A stretch of DNA of 20,000 nucleotides from Spongospora subterranea f. sp. subterranea (Eukaryota). The position numbers were made by a program, and so were the translations under genes. The stretch covers positions 57,525-77,524 of the forward strand of contig JAUGWO010000078.1 of assembly GCA_049724395.1 (NCBI GenBank), given 5' to 3'. The notes under the pieces are model-generated. The model saw only the letters and a list, made by a program, of their open reading frames with translations, made no database searches and was not told the DNA's origin. Below are positions 10,229 to 20,000 of this stretch, piece after piece. The stretch's first letter is position 1, and every line of letters starts with the position of its first letter.

Positions 10229-11544
10229 AGACCGCGAAAGAGTTGTATAACTTGAGACATTCACAAATGCGAAATGCAATCGAGAGAATTTTCGGGATAC
10301 TGAAGCGTAGGTTTCCCATAATCGTCCAAGCTCCAGAGTTGTTCTCTTGAAATGCAGGCGCATTTGTTCATTGCGTGCTGTGTGTTGCACAATGTCATAC
10401 GGATGTCTGGTGGCGCGGGGGATCTAATCGAGCAACAGGTCCCGAAAATTCTCTCGATTGCATTTCGCATTTGTGAATGTCTCAAGTTGTACAACTCTTT
10501 CGCGGTCTGGAGCCTGTGAATCTTAATAAAGATAACGAGAACACGCATGTGACAGACCTCATATTGCCCTGCTTCCATTCACGGAGGTGATATCGCACCC
10601 CGCGGTAAGGGGTCATCACTTCCGTCGTTAAAGCGTAACCAGCGTCTTCCAAATCAAACTTGCCTTTAGGAGTGGTGAAACCTTTTAGACGGGCATCCGA
10701 CAGCACTGTTGAATCTGCTGCAGACCCCTCCCAGTCAGCGAGAATGTAGGTGAAACAAAGGTCAAACGAGCAAGCCGCAAATATGTTTTGGCTCAGGAAT
10801 CCCTTCCGGTTTCTGTAGGGTTGAGGTTCCTTCGCAGACACAAAAGCGGCGATATGCGTTCCGTCGGATGCCATTCGGCAATTTGGAAAAATGGGATACA
10901 TCTTCGGGTTTTGCCGAATTTGTAAGGGTGTATCATTGGCAGGTAGCCTTATATAGTCGCAAGCCACTCGGAAAATGGCAACAGTAACATTGCGAAGAAC
11001 CCTAAAATCATGAGGTGGGAATTTGTATGACAAACAGCCAGATAATAACAACATGCTAATCGTTTCGCCGCTCCTTTGAAATTGCTCTTGAGCTTCGCGA
11101 TTTTTTGCACTCTGTGATACGGTGAACAAAAAATTGCCACCTGTTCTGATACTTCCATGTGCCTAGTTGCACGTAATGTCCCCGAATCGGTGAGTATGTT
11201 CACCAATTCACAAAAAGTGAAGTTTTCATTCTCAAATTCTCGTATATCCGAGTTGGATTGCCGTGAATAAGCTCGGCAATCCAACTGGCTCCGCTGAGCC
11301 TTGAGGTTCGGCAAGGGGATCTAACGCAGAATGTGTTGGCGTAATACGCAGCAACGACGCCAACGATTCATTTTTTAATCTGTTCATGATGATCTTCCAT
11401 TGGGGATAATTACAAATCGCAACCAATTCGTATACACTGACCTGGAACATGAGACGACATACCCCGTGACCCCTGATGTGGTTGTTTGGATGAAAAAAAC
11501 CGCCATATCCATATCAAAATCCGTGGCATCCAAACGGGCCCTAA
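10229..11544 (-). mobile_element. PIF/Harbinger DNA transposon remnant (DDE_Tnp_4/HARBI1-like transposase, frameshifted), one TIR with TAA target site
   Basis: Motifs VSEQVAIF, FQRSGETIS, ASDGTHI, RNRKGFLSQN, WEGSAAD, DAGY, TPYRGVRYHLREW, KELYNLRHS.RNAIERIFG. The terminus CATCCAAACGGGCCC|TAA (11527-11544) reads TTA|GGGCCCGTTTGGATG on the minus strand, a classic PIF end. Frameshift in the A6 run near 11128-11133. Confidence 0.92.
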
Positions 11545-11602
11545 TCATGTACATAAATCGTCATGTGCCCACACTAAATCTGCCACCTATCAATTAGTGT
11601 GG

Positions 11603-12468
11603 GTTCGTAAATAGTGTGGCCCACACTAATTGCAGTGCGGTGTCTAAGAAAAAAGAGTTCGTAAATAGTGTGGCCCACACTAATTGCAGTGCGGTGTCTC
11701 GAAAAAAGAGTTCGTAAATAGTGTGGCCCACACTAATTGCAGTGCGGTGTCTCGAAAAAAGAGTTCGTAAATAGTGTGGCCCACACTAATTGCAGTGCGG
11801 TGTCTCGAAAAAAGAGTTCGTAAATAGTGTGGCCCACACTAATTGCAGTGCGGTGTCTCGAAAAAAGAGTTCGTAAATAGTGTGGCCCACACTAATTGCA
11901 GTGCGGTGTCTCGAAAAAAGAGTTCGTAAATAGTGTGGCCCACACTAATTGCAGTGCGGTGTCTAGAAAAAAGAGTTCGCGTAAATAGTGTGGCCCACAC
12001 TAATTGCAGTGCGGTGTCTACAGGAAGAGTTATTAAATAGTGTGGCCCACACCAGTGCGGTGTCTAGAAAAAAGACGTAAATATTGGCCCACACTAATTG
12101 CAGTGCGGTGTCTCGAAAAAAGAGTTCGTAAATAGTGTGGCCCACACTAATTGCAGTGCGGTGTCTCGAAAAAAGAGTTCGTAAATAGTGTGGCCCACAC
12201 TAATTGCAGTGCGGTTCTCGAAAAAAGAGTTCGTAAATAGTGTGGCCCACACTAATTGCAGTGCGGTGTCTAGAAAAAAGAGTTCGTAAATAGTGTGGCC
12301 CACACTAATTGCAGTGCGGTGTCTAGAAAAAAGAGTTCGTAATTAGTGTGGCCCACACTAATTGCAGTGCGGTGTCTAGAAAAAAGAGTTCGTAAATAGT
12401 GTGGCCCACACTAATTGCAGTGCGGTGTCTCGAAAAAAGAGTTCGTAAATAGTGTGGCCCACACTAAA
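11603..12468. repeat. 53-bp tandem array, ~16 copies, with a palindromic core
   Basis: Unit GAAAAAAGAGTTCGTAAATAGTGTGGCCCACACTAATTGCAGTGCGGTGTCTC (e.g. starts at 11701 and 11754); a few degenerate units at ~11960-12090; no unique spacers. Confidence 0.97.
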
Positions 12469-12484
12469 TGTTGTAACCAGTGTA
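12459..12484 (-). mobile_element. Tc1/mariner-type right TIR with TA target site, continuous with the 53-bp array
   Basis: CCACACTAAATGTTGTAACCAGTG|TA; inverted copy at 10014-10039. Confidence 0.7.
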
Positions 12485-12619
12485 GCGTCGCTGCATTTTG
12501 CCAATGTCTATTCTCAGACTTAAAGAGGAAAATTGCCACGCATATTGCCTAGGAAGCCTTCAAGGCACTTCAAGGCTTGATAAATTTGACTGCGGTCACA
12601 CCTAATTTGCATTGGCAGT

Positions 12620-13680
12620 CTATCTTCTCTGTTGAGCTTTGCTTTGCCAATGTGAAGAATTTTTATAGTCGTTTCCTCCATTTCGGTTCATTGACTCGAG
12701 CATACACACCTGCAGTGTAATGACTACAGCTTTCAAGGATCCGGCTGATATCTTTCGGAATGAGTTTCCACCGCGACGATCAGGTCGTCGATCCCTTTGG
12801 GTGCCTCGCACTGCTGCAAGGATTGGATCGCCCGGAAAAACCCTAGGTCCAAGACGTTGAAATCAGGACTGTTTGCAGGTTGAAATATCAAGCGAACATC
12901 TAATTGAGAGCCTTCTTTCGCCATGCCCTCGAATCATCAACTTGAATCATACAATAGGGTAGCCTGTGAATAACATAGGGTCAATACGTTGACACATATT
13001 ACACTTCCTTGTTCAAAGAAATGCCCCAAATGTCGGCTGATCAACATCGTGAGCTAATGGCCATTTGTCGAGTATTGCAGGTAACTGTTGTTCTAACAAA
13101 AGACATTTCCTGTATATTTCTTGTTCACCTTAACACCGTTGGTTATCAACGTCTCTGCGAGACGGTTCTTGCTGGATTTCTTGGCTAGGGATCTTTCTAT
13201 AAAGGGCCAGATACCGATCTTGCCATCAAAAATAACACTCCCATTGCTCCGAAGATCGGTCTGGCCACTGCCGCCAAAAACATCACCTTAAGAACGAAAT
13301 TCTTCTCGTTGGTTCTTCCTCATCTGGCAGAAGATAGTAACGCTCAGCGTCTTGAGTCAAGTATAACCATTTTTCATCAATGTGAATGGTGTCGAACATT
13401 GGCGAGAATCGTGACGTTTCATTATTCAAACTGGTGATTTGTATGTGATGTAAACAGAATCGTATTCTTTCGATCTTGTTAACTGGATAGAGTCTTGGCT
13501 TTAACCGATTGGTATGCCGTTTCAACAAACCTTCTTTGATTCTTTTGAATACGACAGTAGTGGACACTTTCAAGGCGTGCGCTAAGGAACGTATAGTTTT
13601 CCTTTTTTTAAGTTCCATGGCCCGAACCGCTTTTTGGTCCAGAAGAATCTTTTTTCGTCCAACGCGTCCTTTTTTTCAGA
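12620..13680 (-). pseudogene. Plant/oomycete-type mariner (DD39D-like) transposase pseudogene
   Basis: RKTIRSLAHALKVSTT, LKPRL...NKIERIRFC, IHIDEKWLY, KVMFLAAVARP, FDGKIGIWPF, QPANSPDFNVLDLGFFRAIQSLQ, GGNDYK. Many frameshifts, and the second catalytic Asp block (QQDNA..H) is not found near 12930-13010. Confidence 0.9.
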
Positions 13681-13682
13681 GA

Positions 13683-14404
13683 GAACATTCGATTGTCTAC
13701 CTTCTACGACGCAACGCTTATGTCTGGACCAGATCCTTTGAACTGTTTTCCTGTTCAGATTAAAAGCCGAAGCTGTTTCCGAAATCGACCCCTAGCTTTC
13801 TGCAGGTGCTTTTGATCAGTAGTTCCTCAAACACCTGCTGCATCTTCCAAATTCGGCTTTGACGATGTTAACGCTCAGGGAGTATTGGATCCTGGACGAT
13901 GTATAGGCTCGCTACCTGAATCTGAAGGTCTTCCATGTCGATTTACCAATGTGATGTCATTTAATGATGATATTATCTCGGGATACTGCTCTGTGAGTAT
14001 GATACCGCCAACATACAGCTCACTATCATTACAATGACCATAAAACCCGTAATCCTTGGTCGGATGAACATTATATTGTCTACTTCTACGACGTACCCTT
14101 CACTGATCCTTTGAACTGTTTTCACTGTTCAGATTGTACCCTGTTTCTGAAATCGACCCCTCAGCTTTCTGCATGTTTTCTGTAGTTCCTCAAACACCTG
14201 CTGCATCTTCCAAATTCGGCTTTGACGATGTAACGCTCAGGGAGTATTGGATCCTGGACGATGTATAGGCTCGCTACCTGAATCTGAAGGTCTTCCATGT
14301 CGATTTACCAATGTGACATTTAATGGTGCTCTGTGAGTATGATACCGCCAACATACAGCTCACTATCATTACAATGCATAAAACCCGTAATCCTTGGTCG
14401 GATG
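13683..14404. repeat. Imperfect direct tandem duplication (~13683-14065 and ~14066-14404)
   Basis: Long shared blocks such as GTAGTTCCTCAAACACCTGCTGCATCTTCCAAATTCGGCTTTGACGATG and TGCTCTGTGAGTATGATACCGCCAACATACAGCTCACTATCATTACAATG occur in both copies. Confidence 0.93.
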
Positions 14405-14465
14405 TACAGTACCCTTCACTGAGATGTACGTACCCCCTCTGTACATTTTTCTCGCAGTTTGTGTG

Positions 14466-15723
14466 TTCGAGCTTGGGACAACGGTCATTCCTGCTGTTGC
14501 ATGATGTTTGCGGGGCATGCATAATTCCTGGAGCGGTAATTCGTTGACATGAAGTTCGTGTTAAAGGTCGCGGTTCTACTGTATCTTGTCATGGGTTGCC
14601 TGCAAATACTGAACCATACTTGCAAAGGCCCTGACGACAACACGCAAAGTGCTATAGCCGCGGTCTCAATATGGGATGGCGCTGAGAGTTGCAGAATAGG
14701 ATTTTTACCCAAATCTTACCTGCCAGTAAAGGATAGATTTGTCGGTCGCTTCGCACAAGTCACTTCGTTATACGATGAATCGACAAACTCGCATTTACGG
14801 CGTAAATCCCAACGTAATTTTTGGAATGGCGTCTTGCAGTTTTCTCGATGCTATTCCAATGGGTGAATAAATCCTAACTTTGTTCTTATTATCCCATCTT
14901 GATGCCGATATGGGCCCATGTGTTTAAAATCGTATCCATGGCAATCTGGCGCCACGATGTCGAAATCCACTTTGCAACATCCAGCCGCCCTGGTTTTTGA
15001 CCAGTCTGCCGACCTCGCAAAAACTTTTCGTATTCTGATTTTGTATACAACTTGAAGGGGCGGTTAAATTTATTGTCCCCAGGTGTACGAGTACTCTACA
15101 GGTGCTTGATGTCGGGATTAACCGCCCCTTCAAGTTGTATACAAAATCAGAATACGAAAAGTTTTTGCGAGGTCGGCAGACTGGTCAAAAACCAGGGCGG
15201 CTGGATGTTGCAAAGTGGATTTCGACATCGTGGCGCCAGATTGCCATGGATACGATTTTAAACACATGGGCCCATATCGGCATCAAGATGGGATAATAAG
15301 AACAAAGTTAGGATTTATTCACCCATTGGAATAGCATCGAGAAAACTGCAAGACGCCATTCCAAAAATTACGTTGGGATTTACGCCGTAAATGCGAGTTT
15401 GTCGATTCATCGTATAACGAAGTGACTTGTGCGAAGCGACCGACAAATCTATCCTTTACTGGCAGGTAAGATTTGGGTAAAAATCCTATTCTGCAACTCT
15501 CAGCGCCATCCCATATTGAGACCGCGGCTATAGCGCTTTGCGTGTTGTCGTCAGGGCCTTTGCAAGTAGTATGATTCAGTATTTGCAGGCAACCCATGAC
15601 AAGATACAGTAGAACCGCGACCTTTAACACGAACTTCATGTCAACGAATCACCGCTCCAGGAATTATGCATGCCCCGCAAACATCATGAGAACAGCAGGA
15701 ACGACCGTTGTCCGAAGCTCGAA
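14466..15723. repeat. Long inverted repeat: ~600-bp arms (14466-15067 and 15118-15723) with a 50-bp spacer
   Basis: Mirror-image ORFs 14549-14866(+)/15319-15639(-) and 14924-15133(-)/15052-15261(+); direct reverse-complement comparison of the arms. Confidence 0.97.
15066..15296 (+). pseudogene. pogo/Tigger-type DDE_1 transposase C-terminal fragment (mirror copy ~14889-15067 on -)
   Basis: KFIVPRCTSTLQVLDVGINRPFK...VAKWISTSWRQIAMDTILNTWAHIGI* matches the pogo 'P..T..LQ.LDVG.N.PFK ... W...W..I....I...W...G' tail. Confidence 0.85.
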
Positions 15724-15772
15724 GGCCAAAGATCTCGAAGTCGGATGCCCCACTATTCCATTCCCCATCCAT
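15315..15772 (-). pseudogene. HIRAN-like, Cys/His-containing transposon passenger gene (5'-truncated mirror copy 14466-14870 on +)
   Basis: Reconstructed: MDGEWNSGASDFEIFGLRASDNGRSCCSHDVCGACIIPGAVIR*HEVRVKG/(~60-bp intron)PDDNTQSAIAAVSIWDGAESCRIGFLPK...FAQVTSLYDESTNSHLRRKSQRNF(frameshift)GMASCSFLDAIPMGE*. Confidence 0.6.
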
Positions 15773-16586
15773 GATAGCAAGTCCCCTCCTCCTCCATCTC
15801 TGCATGTAAAGGATAAAGGGTATTCCTCACTGTCTGCATAAATATCAAATTGAGGTTCTGGGACGGATTTAAATGCCGTTTGTGGCGAATACGATTCTGT
15901 TTCGTTTGAGTACACATTCGATGATTGCGGTGAGCGTTTAGGCGTGTAATCGCCATTTGACAATGTGTTGGGTCGATGAAGGATCGCAGATTGGCAAACG
16001 GTCGCCAATTAACAACTCCTAAAGCGCCGGCTGTTGGACCATAACGCAGCGGGTCACCATATGTTCAAACTGAATGGAGCTTACGCGGTCGACATCTGTT
16101 TCACAAGAAAACGGCAATTTTTCAACTCAGACATTGAATCGAACAATTGGTGAAAATTACACTGGTGCATTCGTTATTGATATGTATGTTCGGATGGGTA
16201 ATCATTGTAATGGAGATCTGTCGTAATCAATCAATCAATATGGAAGGCATCGATTCACAAAGAGCGGGAAATAGGTATTCAACGACAGTTAACTTCTAAG
16301 CCTCAAACAGTTTTGTGCTGGTGATATGGCTTTCAAACCCAAAATCAAGTAATGCTGAGTAAGTACATCAATTCTTAGAATTCAGTTTTCCATATCGTTG
16401 TTATCGCTTCTTTCAATAATATCGTATTAAGTTGATTTTTTGACGTTGAACTAAAAGTTTGAACCTGGAAAAACGGGCAAGAATAGCCTGCTTGCTATGT
16501 TGAGGATCACTGCTACCTCTGCACATCACGTGATGATTGTTGACCCCGCCCGCCGTTAGACAAGATTTCAAAATGAGTCGCCGTTT

Positions 16587-18905
16587 TTATTGAACATCAA
16601 ATAAATCCGGTTGGCGCATTAGTTGTTGATCGGCAACTTGATCAATCAACGAGTCGATTAATGCTAGTTCCGACCTCAGTTTAAACGTTTTCGAACGAGA
16701 GGCCTGGGGAGTTGTTGTTCAGATTTCGACAGCAGAGATAGACCGGCATGAACAAAATTTTTGGAATTACAGAAAAAATTGAAATTTTAAGGTACCTGAA
16801 GCTTCATCACGCTTTGTCGTGTGAGTTCATGGTAATCGACCAGCCCATTCACCTGTGTAAATGTATTGGTTCAAGCGGTGAATTCATCCTGGCAGTTGCC
16901 CGACCTTCTCTGCCGAGAATGCATTGCTGCACGTGGATCCCACGACGATTACTGCCACAACCTTATCATTGAGGCTGTGATGAACTGGCTGGATCAAGAG
17001 CGACGCCGTCGGACCATAGCCTTTCACATCTGCCAAGTACTCGTCGAACGTCGGATGAAATCTGATAACCGTTGCGTTAGCGATGGGGGAAAACTCCAAA
17101 CCATTGCGTGGGATCAACCTGTTGTCGGATGGGGTGTCGTTGATCACGAACGATTGATTGATGACGACGGCCTGAGCGGCCAATGATGATGACGCGAGCG
17201 AGACTCTTTGCGCATCTGATCATCTCTTAGGCCAACGAGCACAGCAATACCAGAATCTACCTGGGTCTGAGCCATTATTACGATCAATGCAATATGTTGC
17301 TGGAATTCGCAATAAAATGTGGTTTCGGGTGAACAAACCATGGACAATCATTTCTGTGTAATCTCGATCGACGCCCAAAATGACGCAAAAATCGCTCCCG
17401 ATATATGTGCCCATTTTCATCGCTAGTCCGTTGATCACCTTCACCGAATGATCGTGTTAATTTGGAGATGTTGAGGCGGTGGTCGATGGAGAGCCACTTA
17501 CATTGTCAATATCTGCCATCGACATCAGCGACTCGGCAGTGTTGAACAGACCCGACAATTTATGGCGATCTTTCAGCGTCCTCTGTAGCAGATTGTCGTT
17601 CGATATCCGCAATGCAGTATACGATGCAATCAACTGCATCATGGATTGCTCAGCCACGGTGAAGCAGTGGCCGTTAGCGATCTGGAAATGCCCAAACCAA
17701 GACGAGATATTTAGCAGACTATCAAGCGGCGATGACGATCGGGGGAACAACCTTATCTGCACATTGATATAAACCGATCGCTTTTTGGGTATACGGATCC
17801 CTCATCGGTATACAGAGCATCGCTCGCGATGGGCCATCGGCATCTGGATCGAATAGCGGGTCCTTGGACGCGTTGATGACCCGGATCGGTTCAGATGCGA
17901 ATATCGAGGAACCGGTAATACCTCGGCCGGATGGAATCTGCCACAGCAACACAGATTGCCTGCTGTCAGACCACGCCATTAAAACTCTGTTTCGGTCGGT
18001 GCCAACGTTACTGGCCAGTAGCGTTACCCTGCCAAGAAACGTTTCCGGCCAGTACCGAGCATTTTTCACTCACCCTGAGAACTGCCTCGCTGCGTAAATA
18101 ATTCGACGCTACCGACGTTAGCTCTCCGGTCAACTCATCGGCGAAGAAGACGGCGGTGCGAGCGCACGACAACAGACGAGGTAGCAGTTTGCACGCATCG
18201 CGGAGCACTTGTCGAATGTCGCCACGAGCCGATAGGCCCGTTAGCATCTCCACCAGGTCGCCGGATATGATCGCAGCGTTGACCTTTCCCGCTCCACCGC
18301 TACCAAACACGGTTATGGGTTTTTGAGTAATGAAGGTCCGATATCCGTTTTCGTAAACAACCTTGGCAAATGCCGTCTTGGACCAGAATGCCAACGTCGT
18401 GCCGATTGTGGCGCCGCTTTTAAGCAACTTGTCAATGTTTGCAGTCGCCTTTCGAGTAACCTCACCTAGATTGTCATCAGGTAATAAGGGAATGACCGGC
18501 TTTTGCTTTACATTGTACCTTGTCGTCATGGAGATGTTTCTTATCCTTATTAACGATGTCGGTTGGGATTTTGATTTGTACAATGTCGTCATGATCTAAG
18601 CCGGCTATAGCATGAAGATCGCCGCCGGTTGATTGAATATAGTTCTCAAGGTTGTGACACCTCAACGATAATCGACCTATTTGCTCCCGCTGAAGGTCAA
18701 CTAGTTTCTGATAAGCCCCGATCCCTAATTTAACAAGTGTTGTGTAAGAACGTCGATCATTCGATATTGACCGCCATTTGTTACGCTCTCGATTAGATTG
18801 CTCCGATTTTGCTGTATTTTCCTCCTCTATTTCCTCTTTCGATCGTTCGATGCCCGTGAAATTCAACGCGAATGATTTTCTCTCTACGACAACGTTCAGA
18901 TTCAT
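16587..18905 (-). CDS. Coiled-coil + tandem GAF domain protein, multi-exon; 3' end tentative
   Basis: GAF-1: LLSCARTAVFFADELTGEL...IPSGRGITG...PIRVINASKDPLFDP...AMLCIPMRD...AIGLYQCADK...FTVAEQSMMQLIASY. GAF-2: AAQAVVINQSFVIND...RFHPTFDE...SLLIQPVHHSLNDKVVAVI. N-terminal Glu/Lys/Arg-rich helix in 18477-18905. Confidence 0.78.
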
Positions 18906-19168
18906 AACAGGTTTACATCGGTTGAGTTTTGCATACCCGACGACATATTAAGTCTGCGATATTAAAGTCGAATGTACGTCCATTGATCGTAGGTATGGTT
19001 CTATCATAATCGTTGCAAAAAAACAAGGTTGACATTCCATAAGACAAAAGCAATGGTGTTGAGCACCACACCACCGAGTTCGTTGACATCGTCGTACTAA
19101 TCGCAACTTTGACCAGGTTCAACCAACAGATTCACTGATTCTATAAACAAGATGGCTATTTATTCCTT

Positions 19169-20000
19169 CTAGATATTATTACGTACACCAGCATGAGCTG
19201 GTACGGGACTTGGTTGTAATTTGAATAATGAGCAAACCAAGGGATGCATCAAACAATAATGGACGTATTCTTCGAAATCGAGAGTATCATCACTGTCGGT
19301 AAACACAGCATCAATGAATTTATCGGCTGCCGCTTCTGCCCCTTCGCAACCTGACAGAAAGTGATTAGCATCGAGATAAATCGCTGTTGAGTGAATACAT
19401 TACCGTTATATGTGGCCTCAAGCATGACTATCATCTGATGAAATTCATTTCTACATATAAGATTATCGTTGTCAAGGTCTGCGAAGACAAACGCCAGTTG
19501 CATTCGCAGTTCATTGTCGCCCTTGAGGAGAATATGAGATATAACTAAAAACTCCCCAAAATCAATATGTGAAGTCCCATTTGTGTCGATCACAGTGAAT
19601 AATCTGTCCATTAGGCCAGACAATAATCCGTGATCACGCCATGAAGCGCCAATTCTGATCAAGCATTCGTTGGATTTGATCACACGATGGAAACGAAAAC
19701 GCAATTGACTCACTTTTTGAATACAGAATGTTGCAATGCGTGTTGAAGCCATGTTGAATTCGGTATGGATGCATGCAACAGGATGTGCCATGGAGCTGGT
19801 GATAGAAACGCCTTCCACAATTGTGCCACCTCCGATTCGGAGAAATCATAATGATTTTCGACATTCAACAACGTGGATGGCCTAGTTTTGGCCATAGTTG
19901 ATAAATCTAAGTAATCAAAATCTAACACAGATCCATTACCTTATCTCCAAGCATGTGGCAACAACGTCTTTTTCGTGTAATTCCCTAAGCACGGTTATGC
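19169..20000 (-). CDS. 3' part of an EF-hand protein, probably TBC1D8/9/Gyp2-like Rab-GAP (otherwise calcineurin-B/NCS-like); runs off the right edge
   Basis: ITVLRELHEKDVV...FSESEVAQLWKAF...MDRLFTVIDTNGTSHIDFGEFL...GDNELRMQLAFVFADLDNDNLICRNEF...TLDFEEYVHYCLMHPLV. Two clear EF-hand loops; the upstream helix resembles the post-TBC linker of TBC1D9. Confidence 0.75.

Noticed and set aside
11963..12303. ORFs MGHTIYELFF...
   Set aside because: Artefacts of the 53-bp array.
11603..12468. CRISPR- or TIGR-like array (palindromic repeat, regular period)
   Set aside because: The sequence between palindromes is essentially identical in all units, so there are no unique spacers; no cas/Tas-like genes; eukaryotic context.
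14431..14465. Stowaway-like TIR start TA|CCCCCTCTGT
   Set aside because: Short match with no partner, and it faces away from the mariner pseudogene.
14549..15639. Duplicated small secreted effector MKFVLKVAVLLYLVMGCLQ...
   Set aside because: The apparent signal peptide is mostly read-through of a putative intron; the conserved-looking upstream motif (GRSCCSHDVCG) is in another frame, and the two copies are just the palindrome arms.
16158..16170. TACACTGGT as another TIR start
   Set aside because: Only a 9-bp match, lacking the downstream TAGTGT and any partner.
9400..16200. Fanzor/TnpB or other RNA-guided nuclease cargo in the transposons
   Set aside because: No RuvC-like D-P-G/E/D motifs or CxxC-x-CxxC zinc finger seen in the ORF track or in the frames I read.

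Overview
Eukaryotic DNA from a compact genome with short (~50-130 bp) GT-AG introns; a protist such as a phytomyxid is plausible but is only an inference. Host genes on the minus strand flank a ~7 kb island of decayed DNA transposons and repeats. Left block (1-8.6 kb): NIPA-type Mg transporter, ALYREF/THO4-like RRM protein, DEDDy (Mut-7/EXD3/WRN-type) 3'-5' exonuclease, a small membrane ORF, and a Zn(II)2Cys6 + PAS-like transcription factor. Island (~9.4-16 kb): a 102/137-bp higher-order repeat, a PIF/Harbinger element with one TIR and a folded-back 3' end, a 53-bp palindrome-cored tandem array ending in a Tc1-like TIR, a DD39D-type mariner pseudogene, a ~380-bp tandem duplication, and a 1.26-kb fold-back palindrome carrying a pogo DDE tail convergent with a HIRAN-like passenger gene. 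Right block: a coiled-coil + tandem-GAF protein and the 3' end of an EF-hand (probably TBC1D8/9-like) gene. No CRISPR array, rRNA or tRNA seen. Exon boundaries were read by eye and family calls rest on motif recognition, not searches.
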